A DNA stretch of 18,701 nt from Archangiaceae bacterium (GTDB lineage: Bacteria; Myxococcota; Myxococcia; Myxococcales; Myxococcaceae): contig JAYVCD010000270.1 in assembly GCA_043750125.1 (NCBI GenBank), positions 1-18,701 on the forward strand, in the 5' to 3' direction. The notes under the pieces are model-generated. The model saw nothing but the letters and a program-made list of their open reading frames with translations. It was not told the origin of the DNA and did not search any database. The translations under genes and the position numbers were made by a program. Shown piece after piece: positions 8,768-16,542 of the stretch (positions are counted from its first letter, which is position 1; each line of letters begins with the position of its first letter).

Positions 8768-9985
8768 TCAGTCCGCTTTGAAGCGCTTGATCAGCTCGGC
8801 CAGACGCCCGGCAAGCTGAGTCAGCTCGGCCGCGGCGCCCGTCGCCTGTTTCGAGGCCTGGGTGGTCTGCCGGGTCACGTCTTCGATTTCCGCCATCGAA
8901 GAGACGACCTGCTCGGTGGCCGTGCGCTGCTGCTGGGTCGCAAGGTTAATCACCCGCGCCGCGTCCGAGGTCTCCTGGACTCCGGCGAGAATTCCTTCGA
9001 CCGCCTGGGCCGCGACCGAACCCAGTCGCTCGCCCTGCTCGGTCGCCTTTTGCGAGGCTTCGGCCGCTCCGCCCGCGGCGGCGGTTGCCTCGCGGATCTC
9101 GGTGATCAGGTTTTTGATTTCCTTCGTGGAATCCATCACGTTCTCGGCGAGCCGCCGCATCTCGGCCGCGACGATCGAGAACCCCTTGCCTGCCTCGCCC
9201 GCGCGAGAACCTTCCAGCGCGGCGTTGAGGGCCAGCAGGTCGGAACGGTCGGCGATTTCATCGATCACCTCGACCACCGTCCCAATCCGTTCGACCCGCT
9301 TGGACAGCTTGGCGATCGAATCGGCCACGGCTGCGCTGTCGGCTCGAATCTGCTGCATCGCCTGAATGAACTCGGCGATCGCTCCCCGCCCGCTGCGCGC
9401 CGAGCCGAGCGTCTCTTCGGCGACCCGTGCCACCGAGCCGGCGTTTTCGGCAATCTGGGCCGACGCGTGCTTGAGCTCTTCCATCGTGGCGGTCGTCTCG
9501 TGAATCGCCGCCGCCTGCTCGGTGCTCGAAGACTCGTGCTGGGTCGACGCGGCGAGCACTTCATTCGCAGAAGACGACAGCCGCAGCGCCGCTTCGTTGA
9601 TCTCGCGAACGAAGGTTCGCAGCGTGTCGATCACCTTTCCAAAGCCATCGAGCAGCGGCCCGAGCAACGGGTCTTCGGTCGTCGCGTTCCAGCGCGACAG
9701 CTCGCCCTGCCGGACCAGCGCGATCAGGCCCTCGAGCGCGTTGTCGACGATCGAGACCGTGTGCTGCTTGCGCGACTCGGCGTCCGAAATCTGAAGGCTC
9801 AGGTTGGCCAGCGCGTCGTTCAGCAACGCGGCGACCGCCTTCACTTCACCGGTCAGCCCCTTGGTGTCGACCCGCGCCCCAAGCTCCCCCTTGATCACCG
9901 CTTCGAGCGCGACGGTCACCGGCCGCATCGGCGCGACGACGGCCTTCTTCTTGGAAGTTTTCGGCGGGAGCTTCTCGGTTTCCAT
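8768..9985 (-). CDS. frzCD: Cytoplasmic methyl-accepting chemotaxis protein (FrzCD)
   Basis: MCP hairpin IADRSDLLALNAALEGSRAGEAGKGFSIVAAEMRRLAE; no transmembrane segment; basic N-terminus; frz gene order. Confidence 0.95.
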   Translation of the reverse strand: METEKLPPKTSKKKAVVAPMRPVTVALEAVIKGELGARVDTKGLTGEVKAVAALLNDALANLSLQISDAESRKQHTVSIVDNALEGLIALVRQGELSRWNATTEDPLLGPLLDGFGKVIDTLRTFVREINEAALRLSSSANEVLAASTQHESSSTEQAAAIHETTATMEELKHASAQIAENAGSVARVAEETLGSARSGRGAIAEFIQAMQQIRADSAAVADSIAKLSKRVERIGTVVEVIDEIADRSDLLALNAALEGSRAGEAGKGFSIVAAEMRRLAENVMDSTKEIKNLITEIREATAAAGGAAEASQKATEQGERLGSVAAQAVEGILAGVQETSDAARVINLATQQQRTATEQVVSSMAEIEDVTRQTTQASKQATGAAAELTQLAGRLAELIKRFKAD

Positions 9986-10004
9986 GTTCGTTTTCCCCTC
10001 GTCG

Positions 10005-10367
10005 CTATGCCGTCGCGACAGTCATCGCGACCAGATCCACCAACAAGATTGCTTCGCTTCCGTCCAACCAGGCACCAATCGAAACCGCCCCACCCTGCGC
10101 GACAGCCGGAAGCCGCCTCAACTGATCGACCGGCACGCTGCGTACTCCGTAAAGGGTATCGATCGCCAGACACCAGTCTCGATCGTCCTGAGCGTCAATC
10201 ACCAGGCACTTGAGGCCCGAACGCGGCACCCCCAGAGGTGAGCCGACGCTGCAGCTGGGCTCGAAGTAGTCGAGGCGAATGACCTGAGCCAGATCAGCCG
10301 CGTAGCGAACCCCCGCCAGCTCGAAGACCACGAGGCTGATGCACTCTTCTTCCGCCGCGAGGGTCAT
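10005..10367 (-). CDS. frzB: Short CheW-like adaptor (FrzB)
   Basis: 120 aa with LVVFELAGVRYAADL...LLVDL CheW-like strands; ATGA overlap with frzA; position between frzA and frzCD. Confidence 0.85.
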   Translation of the reverse strand: MTLAAEEECISLVVFELAGVRYAADLAQVIRLDYFEPSCSVGSPLGVPRSGLKCLVIDAQDDRDWCLAIDTLYGVRSVPVDQLRRLPAVAQGGAVSIGAWLDGSEAILLVDLVAMTVATA

Positions 10368-10879
10368 CGGGACACGGCCCGCTGCCGAGAGGTCAGCAGC
10401 ACGCGGGGCAAATCGAGCAGCGTCACGGTCTGGGTGCCCTCGCCCCCGTGAATCACGCCGTGGACGTGCTCGCTGGGAATCTCGCCGCCCACCGGGGCAG
10501 GAAGAATGTCCGTTACGAAGACTTTGCGAAGTCCCACCACCTGATCGGCGACGAACGCCGCGGCGAAGTTGCCGTGCACTCCGATAAAGCAGAGCGTTCG
10601 GGGCGCAGGTCGGGTTTCGCCCTGAGAAAAGAAGCGCAGCAGATCGATGACCGGCAGCACCTCGCCCCGGTGGCCGGCGACGCCCATCACGAAGCTTGCG
10701 ATGCGGGGCAGTGGAGTAATGACGCCCAGCCGGGTCACTTCACGGGCATTGACCGAGTCTACCCCCAGCATCAACAGGCCAATCTGGAAGACGAAGAACT
10801 CCCGTTCCGGCCGTTCGACCCGTGCGGGAGCCTTCTCTCGGGCCAGGCCCAGCGCGCGTTGCAGTGAAGTGGGTTGCAA
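10364..10879 (-). CDS. frzA: CheW coupling protein (FrzA)
   Basis: ITPLPRIASFVMGVAGHRGEVLPVIDL CheW signature; TTG start with GAGG upstream. Confidence 0.9.
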   Translation of the reverse strand: MQPTSLQRALGLAREKAPARVERPEREFFVFQIGLLMLGVDSVNAREVTRLGVITPLPRIASFVMGVAGHRGEVLPVIDLLRFFSQGETRPAPRTLCFIGVHGNFAAAFVADQVVGLRKVFVTDILPAPVGGEIPSEHVHGVIHGGEGTQTVTLLDLPRVLLTSRQRAVSR

Positions 10880-10942
10880 GACACCTCACAATCTCAACCA
10901 GCCAAGCTGACGGTCAAGAAAACTGGTAGAAGATCCCCACCC

Positions 10943-11686
10943 ATGTCCGCCCGTGTTCTGGTGATCGACGACAGCGCGATGATTGTCGAGCTGCTGGTGA
11001 CGGCCCTGAATTCAGCGGGAATCGAGGCGGAAGCCGCGGTTGATCTGGCGTCTCTCGACCTTCGTTTGAAGAATGGAGCCCACGAGTTGGTGCTGGTCGA
11101 CGTGAACATGCCCGAGATGTACGGCGACGACGTGGTCGAGTTCCTGCGCCAGCAGCGCCAGCTCAAGTGCAAGCTGCTGCTGTATTCCGACATCGCCGAA
11201 GACGAGCTGAAGGCCAAAGCCGATCGGGTCGGAGCCGACGGCTACATCACCAAGGCCCATGGGCTGGAAGTGGCGGTCGCCGAAGTGAAGCGCCGGCTGA
11301 CCGAGAATCCCAAAGCGCGCGGCAAGCGGGTGCTGGTGGTCGACGACAGCGAAGCGACGGCGCGATTGCTCCAGGCCGAGCTGACCGCCAAGGGTTTCGA
11401 AGTGACGACCGCCGACAGCGTGGACGTAGCGACGAAGATCATCTTGAAGAAGAAGACCCGCCCGGACCTGGTGTTGCTCGATGTGCGCATGCCGGGCGTC
11501 AACGGCGAACAGTTCTGTCGCTTCATCAAGAGCAACTCGCTCTTCGCCGGGATCAAAGTCCTGCTGTGCTCGGCGGAAGACGAAGACGAGCTCAAGCGCA
11601 TCGTTCGGGACGCCGGCGCCGACGGGTACGTCACCAAAGACTCGTTGATCGCCAAAGTGATCCTCGACGAGCTCGAGACCCGCTGA
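10943..11686 (+). CDS. frzZ: Dual receiver-domain response regulator (FrzZ)
   Basis: Two CheY domains (VLVIDDS...LVDVNMPEM; VLVVDDS...LLDVRMPG), divergent from frzA as in M. xanthus. ATG at 10943 (MSARVLVIDD) preferred over 10874. Confidence 0.9.
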   Translation: MSARVLVIDDSAMIVELLVTALNSAGIEAEAAVDLASLDLRLKNGAHELVLVDVNMPEMYGDDVVEFLRQQRQLKCKLLLYSDIAEDELKAKADRVGADGYITKAHGLEVAVAEVKRRLTENPKARGKRVLVVDDSEATARLLQAELTAKGFEVTTADSVDVATKIILKKKTRPDLVLLDVRMPGVNGEQFCRFIKSNSLFAGIKVLLCSAEDEDELKRIVRDAGADGYVTKDSLIAKVILDELETR

Positions 11687-11867
11687 AGCTGACCGGACCT
11701 CGGTCACCCCCTTTCAGCCCGGCTCCAGTGCGATTTCAATAATTTCCACGTGCTTCCCGTGGGTTGCGCGTGGGACCCGCGCGGCGGTGCGCCAATCGGT
11801 CCGAGCGCGTCAAGCCGCTTGACGTAAGACACACTGTAATTCCAAGCAGTTGAGCACTTCAGTGGGC

Positions 11868-11883
11868 TGGCCCGCCAACTGCT
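11868..11883 (+). promoter_or_regulatory. sigma54 (-24/-12) promoter
   Basis: TGGCCCG-CCAA-CTGCT versus consensus TGGCACG-N4-TTGCT; exact GG-N10-GC spacing, 13 nt before the GTG at 11897. Confidence 0.65.
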
Positions 11884-11896
11884 GTAGCCAGCCCGC

Positions 11897-12877
11897 GTGT
11901 ACACCATTCGCCCAGGCGACAATCTGAACGCGATCGCGCGCAGCCATGGGGTGGCGTTGGCCAGGCTCATTTCGGCCAACCCGCAGGTGAAGAACCCGAG
12001 CCAGATCTTCGCAGGTCAAAAGCTCAACATTCCCGGCGATGGGTTCGAGGCCCCCCCTTCCGTCGCTGCGCCCCGGGCCACGTTGCAGCGCGGATCCACC
12101 GGAAACGGCGTCCTCTCGATGCAGCGAAAGCTCGCCGCCAAAGGCTTCCTGACCGCCGCGCAGCTGGCGACCGGGCCGGGCATCTATGGCCCTCGAACCG
12201 AAGCGGCTGTTCGGGCCTTTCAGTCGTCCCGCGGGCTGCCGGGAACCGGCGTCGCAGGGCCACAGACCCTTGCCGCGTTGGCGGGCGATGGCTTTGGTTC
12301 CGTGCGCCCAGCGGCTGCTCCCGTCGCCAACGATCGTCACGTCCCGGACTTCGATGGCACCCGTCCGGCTCCGAGCGTCACCAACACCCGCGCGTGGGAA
12401 AGCGTCAGCGCTCCAGTGCAGAGCGACGCCAGCAGCCGCAGCCGCGGCCGCTATGACGACGTGCTCAACCAGTTCGCGGTCGCAGCGAACCTGCGTTACG
12501 CCCAGCGCGACGGAAACACCTTCTGCAACATCTTCTCGTGGGACGCGACGAAGGCGATGGGCGCCGAGATCCCTCACTGGGTCAACGGCCGCGAGCTCGA
12601 CGCCAACGGCACCAACGCGTGGCTTCGCAACCAGGGCTCAGCCCATGGCTGGAGCCAGGCCACCGCGGGTGAAGCCCAGGCCGCGGCCAACCGCGGTCAA
12701 CCTTCGGTCGCGACCTGGAACAACCCGGGTGGCATCGGCCACATCGCGATGGTCCGCCCCGGAGAGCTCAACGACAGCGGTCCGGCCTCGGCGCAAGCGG
12801 GCGGAATCAACTTCAACCACGGGCACATCGCCAACGGCTTCGGCTCGCGACAACCCGGCTACTGGGTCCACGCCTGA
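11897..12877 (+). CDS. LysM + peptidoglycan-binding domain + papain-like Cys/His (CHAP/NlpC-P60-like) cell-wall hydrolase
   Basis: LysM: YTIRPGDNLNAIARSHGV...NPQVKNPSQIFAGQKLNIP. PG_binding_1: LQRGSTG..V..MQRKL...GIYGPRTEAAVRAFQ...GVAGPQT. Catalytic-like TFCNIF and GHIAMV. In-frame TAG at 11885-11887 fixes the start. Confidence 0.85.
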   Translation: MYTIRPGDNLNAIARSHGVALARLISANPQVKNPSQIFAGQKLNIPGDGFEAPPSVAAPRATLQRGSTGNGVLSMQRKLAAKGFLTAAQLATGPGIYGPRTEAAVRAFQSSRGLPGTGVAGPQTLAALAGDGFGSVRPAAAPVANDRHVPDFDGTRPAPSVTNTRAWESVSAPVQSDASSRSRGRYDDVLNQFAVAANLRYAQRDGNTFCNIFSWDATKAMGAEIPHWVNGRELDANGTNAWLRNQGSAHGWSQATAGEAQAAANRGQPSVATWNNPGGIGHIAMVRPGELNDSGPASAQAGGINFNHGHIANGFGSRQPGYWVHA

Positions 12878-12886
12878 GGCTTCGAC

Positions 12887-14260
12887 CTACGACCTTTTAG
12901 AGACTGGAATTGTTCTGGTCTCGTGCGGGACTCTCGCTTTCCCCCTTTGGCGAGAGTCCCGTTTATTTTTGCTGCTGCCGCGCCGCTCACCGAGCCCGCG
13001 CGCGAAGTTGCCGATCACCAGCTGTGGCCGGGCGTCCTTGAGCTCGCGCAGCAGCTGGGGAATGCCGATGGGTTCTCCTCCGGCTCCGCGCTCGTGCGCG
13101 ACCTCGATGTACTGCAGAGGGTCGATGGCCAGGCTGCGGGTCTGCACCTGGTCGACGCGGTATTTCTTCACCAACCGTTTGAGGGCGTCAGCCTCGCCGC
13201 GGCGATCGGTGACTCCCGGGAACAGCAGCAGATTGAGCGCGAGGTAGGCCCCCTTGTCCCGGCTGAGCGCGATCGACGCTTCGACGTCGTGCCAGCTGTA
13301 TTTGTCCGGCTGGTAGTACGCGGCGTAGAGGTCGGGATCCGCTGAGTTGAGGGACACCCTCACCGCGTCGAGCCCTGCGTCGTAGAGGGCCGACAGCCCC
13401 TGGGTCAGGCTCGCGTTGGTGTTGATGTTGATCGAGCCGCGCGACGTCCGTTCTCGAATGTAGCCAATGGCCTGGGCGATCTGACGCCACCGGGTCAGTG
13501 GCTCGCCCTCGCACCCCTGGCCAAAGCTGACCATCGTTCGACCCGGAGCGTTCTGCAGATGAAACAGCCCCACCTGCCCCATCTCTTCGCCGCCTACCCC
13601 TTCGTCCATGCGCTGATGCGAAGACGGAGGCCCTTCGGCCGGCTGTTCCGAGATGCACCCGATGCAGGCCGCGTTGCACATCGTCGACGCGGGAATCGCC
13701 CCTTCGTCGCGGCAGTAGAAGACGTTCTGGCTGGTGAAGCAGCGGTAGACGAGCGCGCAGGTCTTGAGCTGCTTGAGGACCTTGTTGTCGGGAAAGCGCG
13801 CGAGGTGCGCGTTCACCCGGGCCTTGATTTCAGGCGTCGAGTACGCGGTCGGGGTCCAGTGCTTGCGGCGATCGGTGTGGACCGCCCAGGTGACGGCTCG
13901 ACCTTCCCCCCACGCGGCGGCGGTATAGGCCCACTGGGGCAACACCGGGCCGCCCTCGTCTTTGACTTCACCGGGAAGGAAGGTTCGGGTGTAGCCGGGG
14001 GGAAGCAGGGCTCCGACCGCGTGCGGGACAAACGGTTTGCCGCCCAGGCTGAAGTGGCGCACCAGCTCGAGCTCTCCGGTCCTGGGGTCGACGCCCACCG
14101 GAAGTCGCCCAGGGAGGTGGACCAGCTTTCCGTCTTTGGGAAGGGCGATCGGGCGGCCATGGGCTGCGATGAGACCCTCGCCACTGCGAAGCGTCGCGAG
14201 CAGGTAGGGGTGCTCGACCACCGTGCCTTTCGGATCTGCCAACAACAGCCGCAAGCTCAT
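12887..14260 (-). CDS. Radical SAM protein of unknown function
   Basis: CxxxCxxC motif CNAACIGC, SFGQGCEGEP (GGE-like motif), NINTNAS, RVSLNS. ATG at 14260 (MSLRLLLAD) preferred because the upstream extension is low-quality and runs into the tRNA promoter region. Confidence 0.88.
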   Translation of the reverse strand: MSLRLLLADPKGTVVEHPYLLATLRSGEGLIAAHGRPIALPKDGKLVHLPGRLPVGVDPRTGELELVRHFSLGGKPFVPHAVGALLPPGYTRTFLPGEVKDEGGPVLPQWAYTAAAWGEGRAVTWAVHTDRRKHWTPTAYSTPEIKARVNAHLARFPDNKVLKQLKTCALVYRCFTSQNVFYCRDEGAIPASTMCNAACIGCISEQPAEGPPSSHQRMDEGVGGEEMGQVGLFHLQNAPGRTMVSFGQGCEGEPLTRWRQIAQAIGYIRERTSRGSININTNASLTQGLSALYDAGLDAVRVSLNSADPDLYAAYYQPDKYSWHDVEASIALSRDKGAYLALNLLLFPGVTDRRGEADALKRLVKKYRVDQVQTRSLAIDPLQYIEVAHERGAGGEPIGIPQLLRELKDARPQLVIGNFARGLGERRGSSKNKRDSRQRGKARVPHETRTIPVSKRS

Positions 14261-14429
14261 CGTGGGTGCGTCACTACCATCGAACGGTTCGAGCCGGCCA
14301 GACGTTGAGCCGCCGATGATCGCTCTGGGCGCGGCAGCATTCGCTGGCGGCCGTTTCCGTTTCCGGCAGCGTGGCGCAAGAAGCGCTCGGTCACGGCTCA
14401 AAGCGTTCTGCTAGAGCCCTGAGGGTCGG

Positions 14430-14517
14430 GCACGAGTGGCGAAACTGGTAGACGCAGCGGACTTAAAATCCGCAGGTCCGTTAAACGGCCATCCCGGTTC
14501 GAGTCCGGGCTCGTGCA
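14430..14517 (+). tRNA. tRNA-Leu (anticodon UAA), CCA not encoded
   Basis: Acceptor GCACGAG/CTCGTGC + A; D-arm GCGAAACTGGTAGACGC; anticodon arm GCGGA-CTTAAAA-TCCGC (TAA at 14464-14466); long variable arm; T-arm CCCGG-TTCGAGT-CCGGG. Confidence 0.97.
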
Positions 14518-14596
14518 AAGCCCAGGCGCGCTGTACGGGTGTCGACCGAGGCGAGGTGTTCGCCCGCCGGGCCTCGAAGCGTGGTGAAAGACTGCC

Positions 14597-15229
14597 GTGC
14601 CTCGAACTGCGACTCTGATCGGCTTCGCGCTCGTCGCCCTGGCGATGGTCGTCACGCCCGGGCCCAACATGATGTACCTGGTGTCGCGCTCGATCTGTCA
14701 GGGGCGCGCCGCCGGGTTGATCTCGCTGGCCGGAGTGGCGCTCGGCTTCCTCGTCTACATGTTTGCCACCGCCTTCGGAATCAGCGTGCTGCTGTTCGCG
14801 GTGCCCTTTGCCTACGACGCGCTTCGCTGCGCGGGCGCGGTCTACCTGCTCTACCTTGCCTGGGGCGCGCTGAGGCCGGGTGGCCGCTCGCCCTTCGAAG
14901 TACGTCAGCTGACGCCCGACAGGCCGGCGAAGCTGGTGGCGATGGGATTTCTGACCAACCTGCTCAACCCCAAGGCCGCGATGCTGTACCTCTTGCTGTT
15001 GCCCCAGTTCGTCGAACCGGCGCGCGGCAGCGTGCTGACCCAGTCGGTGGTGCTTGGGGTGGTGCAGATCTGCATCAGCGTCACGGTGAACGGGTTGATC
15101 ATCCTCTCGGCCGCTGCAATCGCGGGCTTCCTGCGCGACCGACCGACGTGGGCTGTGATTCAGCGATGGTTGATGGGCACCGTGCTCGGCGGCCTCGCCT
15201 TGCGCATGGCCCTCGACGCTCAGAAGTAG
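14597..15229 (+). CDS. LysE/RhtB-family amino-acid exporter
   Basis: TPGPNMMYLVSRSICQG..AG, GAVYLLYLAW, GFLTNLLNPKAA motifs; about 6 hydrophobic segments; 210 aa. Confidence 0.92.
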   Translation: MPRTATLIGFALVALAMVVTPGPNMMYLVSRSICQGRAAGLISLAGVALGFLVYMFATAFGISVLLFAVPFAYDALRCAGAVYLLYLAWGALRPGGRSPFEVRQLTPDRPAKLVAMGFLTNLLNPKAAMLYLLLLPQFVEPARGSVLTQSVVLGVVQICISVTVNGLIILSAAAIAGFLRDRPTWAVIQRWLMGTVLGGLALRMALDAQK

Positions 15230-15301
15230 CGCCGCCCCCCACGCGTCCGCCCACGACGGTCCAGCTTCGAGCGTCGCCGGCGGCTCGCGATCAACTCTGC
15301 A

Positions 15302-15600
15302 CTACAGCGACTGCAGGAACTTGATCAACGCAGCGCGATTGGCGGCGGACATCGTGCGGAAAACCTCCTTCGCCGCCTGACCTTCGCCTCCGTGCCACAA
15401 GATCGCCTCGCTCAGATAAGATCGCCTCGCTCAGATTCCGCGCGCGACCATCGTGCAGGTACGCCTCACCACCGCTGACGCCGGCCGTGAGCCCGATGCT
15501 CCACAGCGGCGACGTGCGCCACTCTGCGCCCGACGCGTTTCCTTCGGCCATGTTGTCCGCCAGGACCGTGCCCATGTCATGGAGCAGCAAGTCTTCAGTG
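15302..15600 (-). pseudogene. C-terminal fragment of a di-haem oxidoreductase (DHOR-family) gene, frameshifted
   Basis: DLLLHDMG, EWRTSPLWSIG, YLHDGRARNLSEAIL. Removing one 19-bp repeat copy restores WHGGEGQAAKEVFRTMSAANRAALIKFLQSL* (TAG 15304-15302). The 5' part with the CxxCH motifs is absent. Confidence 0.85.
15399..15436. repeat. Perfect 19-bp tandem duplication (AAGATCGCCTCGCTCAGAT x2)
   Basis: Copies at 15399-15417 and 15418-15436, read directly from the sequence. Confidence 0.97.
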
Positions 15601-16145
15601 CGGCGGCGGCCCACTGGTAGTTTGTTTGTTCATCAAACAAAATATCTCTCAGCCCAGGTGCCAACGGGCTTCAGGGGCTGCAGGTGCCGAAAGACGAGTT
15701 GGTGGTCGGCCCATCGACCTCACGCACGCATTGCGGAAGCGGACGAAAATCGGAGATCTCGCAGGAGCCCCAGCGCTCCCACATGTGCCCCTCACTCCAC
15801 GCATCTTGCAAGAAATGCTGGGCGACCGACTCGATTGAGAGCGACTCGATCTCGCAGTCCTTCAAGAAATCGCCGAAACGCCCACCTGTTGAGATCAGAT
15901 CGCTGGCCATCGCTCTACACTCTGCAGCCCGGGCCAACGCAAGTTGATGCAGGCGCCGGTACGAAAACGCAGCTTGGGGCAGGAAGTGGTTCGAGTTTAC
16001 CGGACCCATGTGAGTGGCGAATTGGTGACACTCTTTGGCATCCGCTTCTCCACCGGCCAAGGGGCACGGGTCATTGCCGACAGCCCAGTCCCAAAGCGAG
16101 TACGAGAAATCAGGCAACTGGGCCAGCTCGCCGATTTGCCAGGTG
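15601..16145 (-). pseudogene. Internal fragment of a Cys-rich protein with a Zn-phospholipase C/P1-nuclease-like HxxxD..xxH motif, interrupted by IS66
   Basis: Protein-like frame WQIGELAQLPDFSYSLWDW...NSNHF...QHFLQDAWSEGH begins at the IS left end. After TGA at 15673-15671 the same frame continues (SPLAPGLRDILFDEQTNYQW). Visibly more AT-rich than the core genes. Confidence 0.55.
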
Positions 16146-16175
16146 GTATCCGCTGCACGGAGCGGTGGTTGCGGG
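16146..16175 (+). repeat. IS66 left inverted repeat
   Basis: GTATCCGCTGCACGGAGCGGTGGTTGCGGG. Confidence 0.95.
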
Positions 16176-16203
16176 TGAGTGATCGCGATGACACAGCGGC
16201 GGG

Positions 16204-16542
16204 ATGGCGAATCGCATCTGGCTGAAGAGGGTTGAGGCGTGGCGCAGGAGCGGTCAGTCGTCGATCGCCTTCGCTGAAGGGAAACCATTCACCGGTGGTG
16301 GGCTGCGGCACATGGCCTACCGACTGGGAAAGGCGGCGGCGAAGGCACCGGTAGTTCGCCTCGCGCGGGTTGTGCGCGCGCCGCCGCCGGTACCCATGAC
16401 GTTGCCGTCGGCGCCGGTGGTGGTTCCTGGTGCAGCGATCGTGGTGGTCGTCGGTGGGGCACGGGTGGAAGTGGGTCGGGGCGCTTCGCGAGAGGTGTTG
16501 GCCATGGTGCTCGAGACGCTGACCGACCGGAGCGGCGGATGA
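16204..16542 (+). CDS. tnpA: IS66 accessory protein TnpA
   Basis: W..RVEAWRRSGQS...FA helix-turn-helix start; C-terminal 'IVVVVGGARVEV...L..VL' pattern; first IS ORF. Confidence 0.85.
   Translation: MANRIWLKRVEAWRRSGQSSIAFAEGKPFTGGGLRHMAYRLGKAAAKAPVVRLARVVRAPPPVPMTLPSAPVVVPGAAIVVVVGGARVEVGRGASREVLAMVLETLTDRSGG

Noticed and set aside
10874..10942. Upstream TTG start for frzZ
   Set aside because: Overlaps the frzA start and precedes the receiver's first strand; ATG 10943 fits better.
11687..11896. c-di-AMP or c-di-GMP/cGAMP riboswitch upstream of the cell-wall hydrolase
   Set aside because: The conserved sequence blocks of those aptamers are not evident.
14261..14401. 47-aa N-terminal extension of the radical SAM ORF
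   Set aside because: Low-complexity Arg/Pro/Ala text occupying the divergent tRNA promoter region; the domain-like sequence begins at ATG 14260.
14495..14517. att-site duplicate of the tRNA 3' end
   Set aside because: No second copy found by eye in the window and no integrase present.
15399..15436. Repeat as a CRISPR remnant
   Set aside because: Two abutting copies with no spacer, inside a coding remnant; no cas genes.
15671..15673. TGA as selenocysteine
   Set aside because: No redox motif context or evident SECIS hairpin; the gene is otherwise broken, so a nonsense mutation or junction is more likely.
16146..16288. Start of the 205-aa minus-strand ORF as a real gene start
   Set aside because: Lies inside the IS66 left end; an accidental fusion to the interrupted gene.
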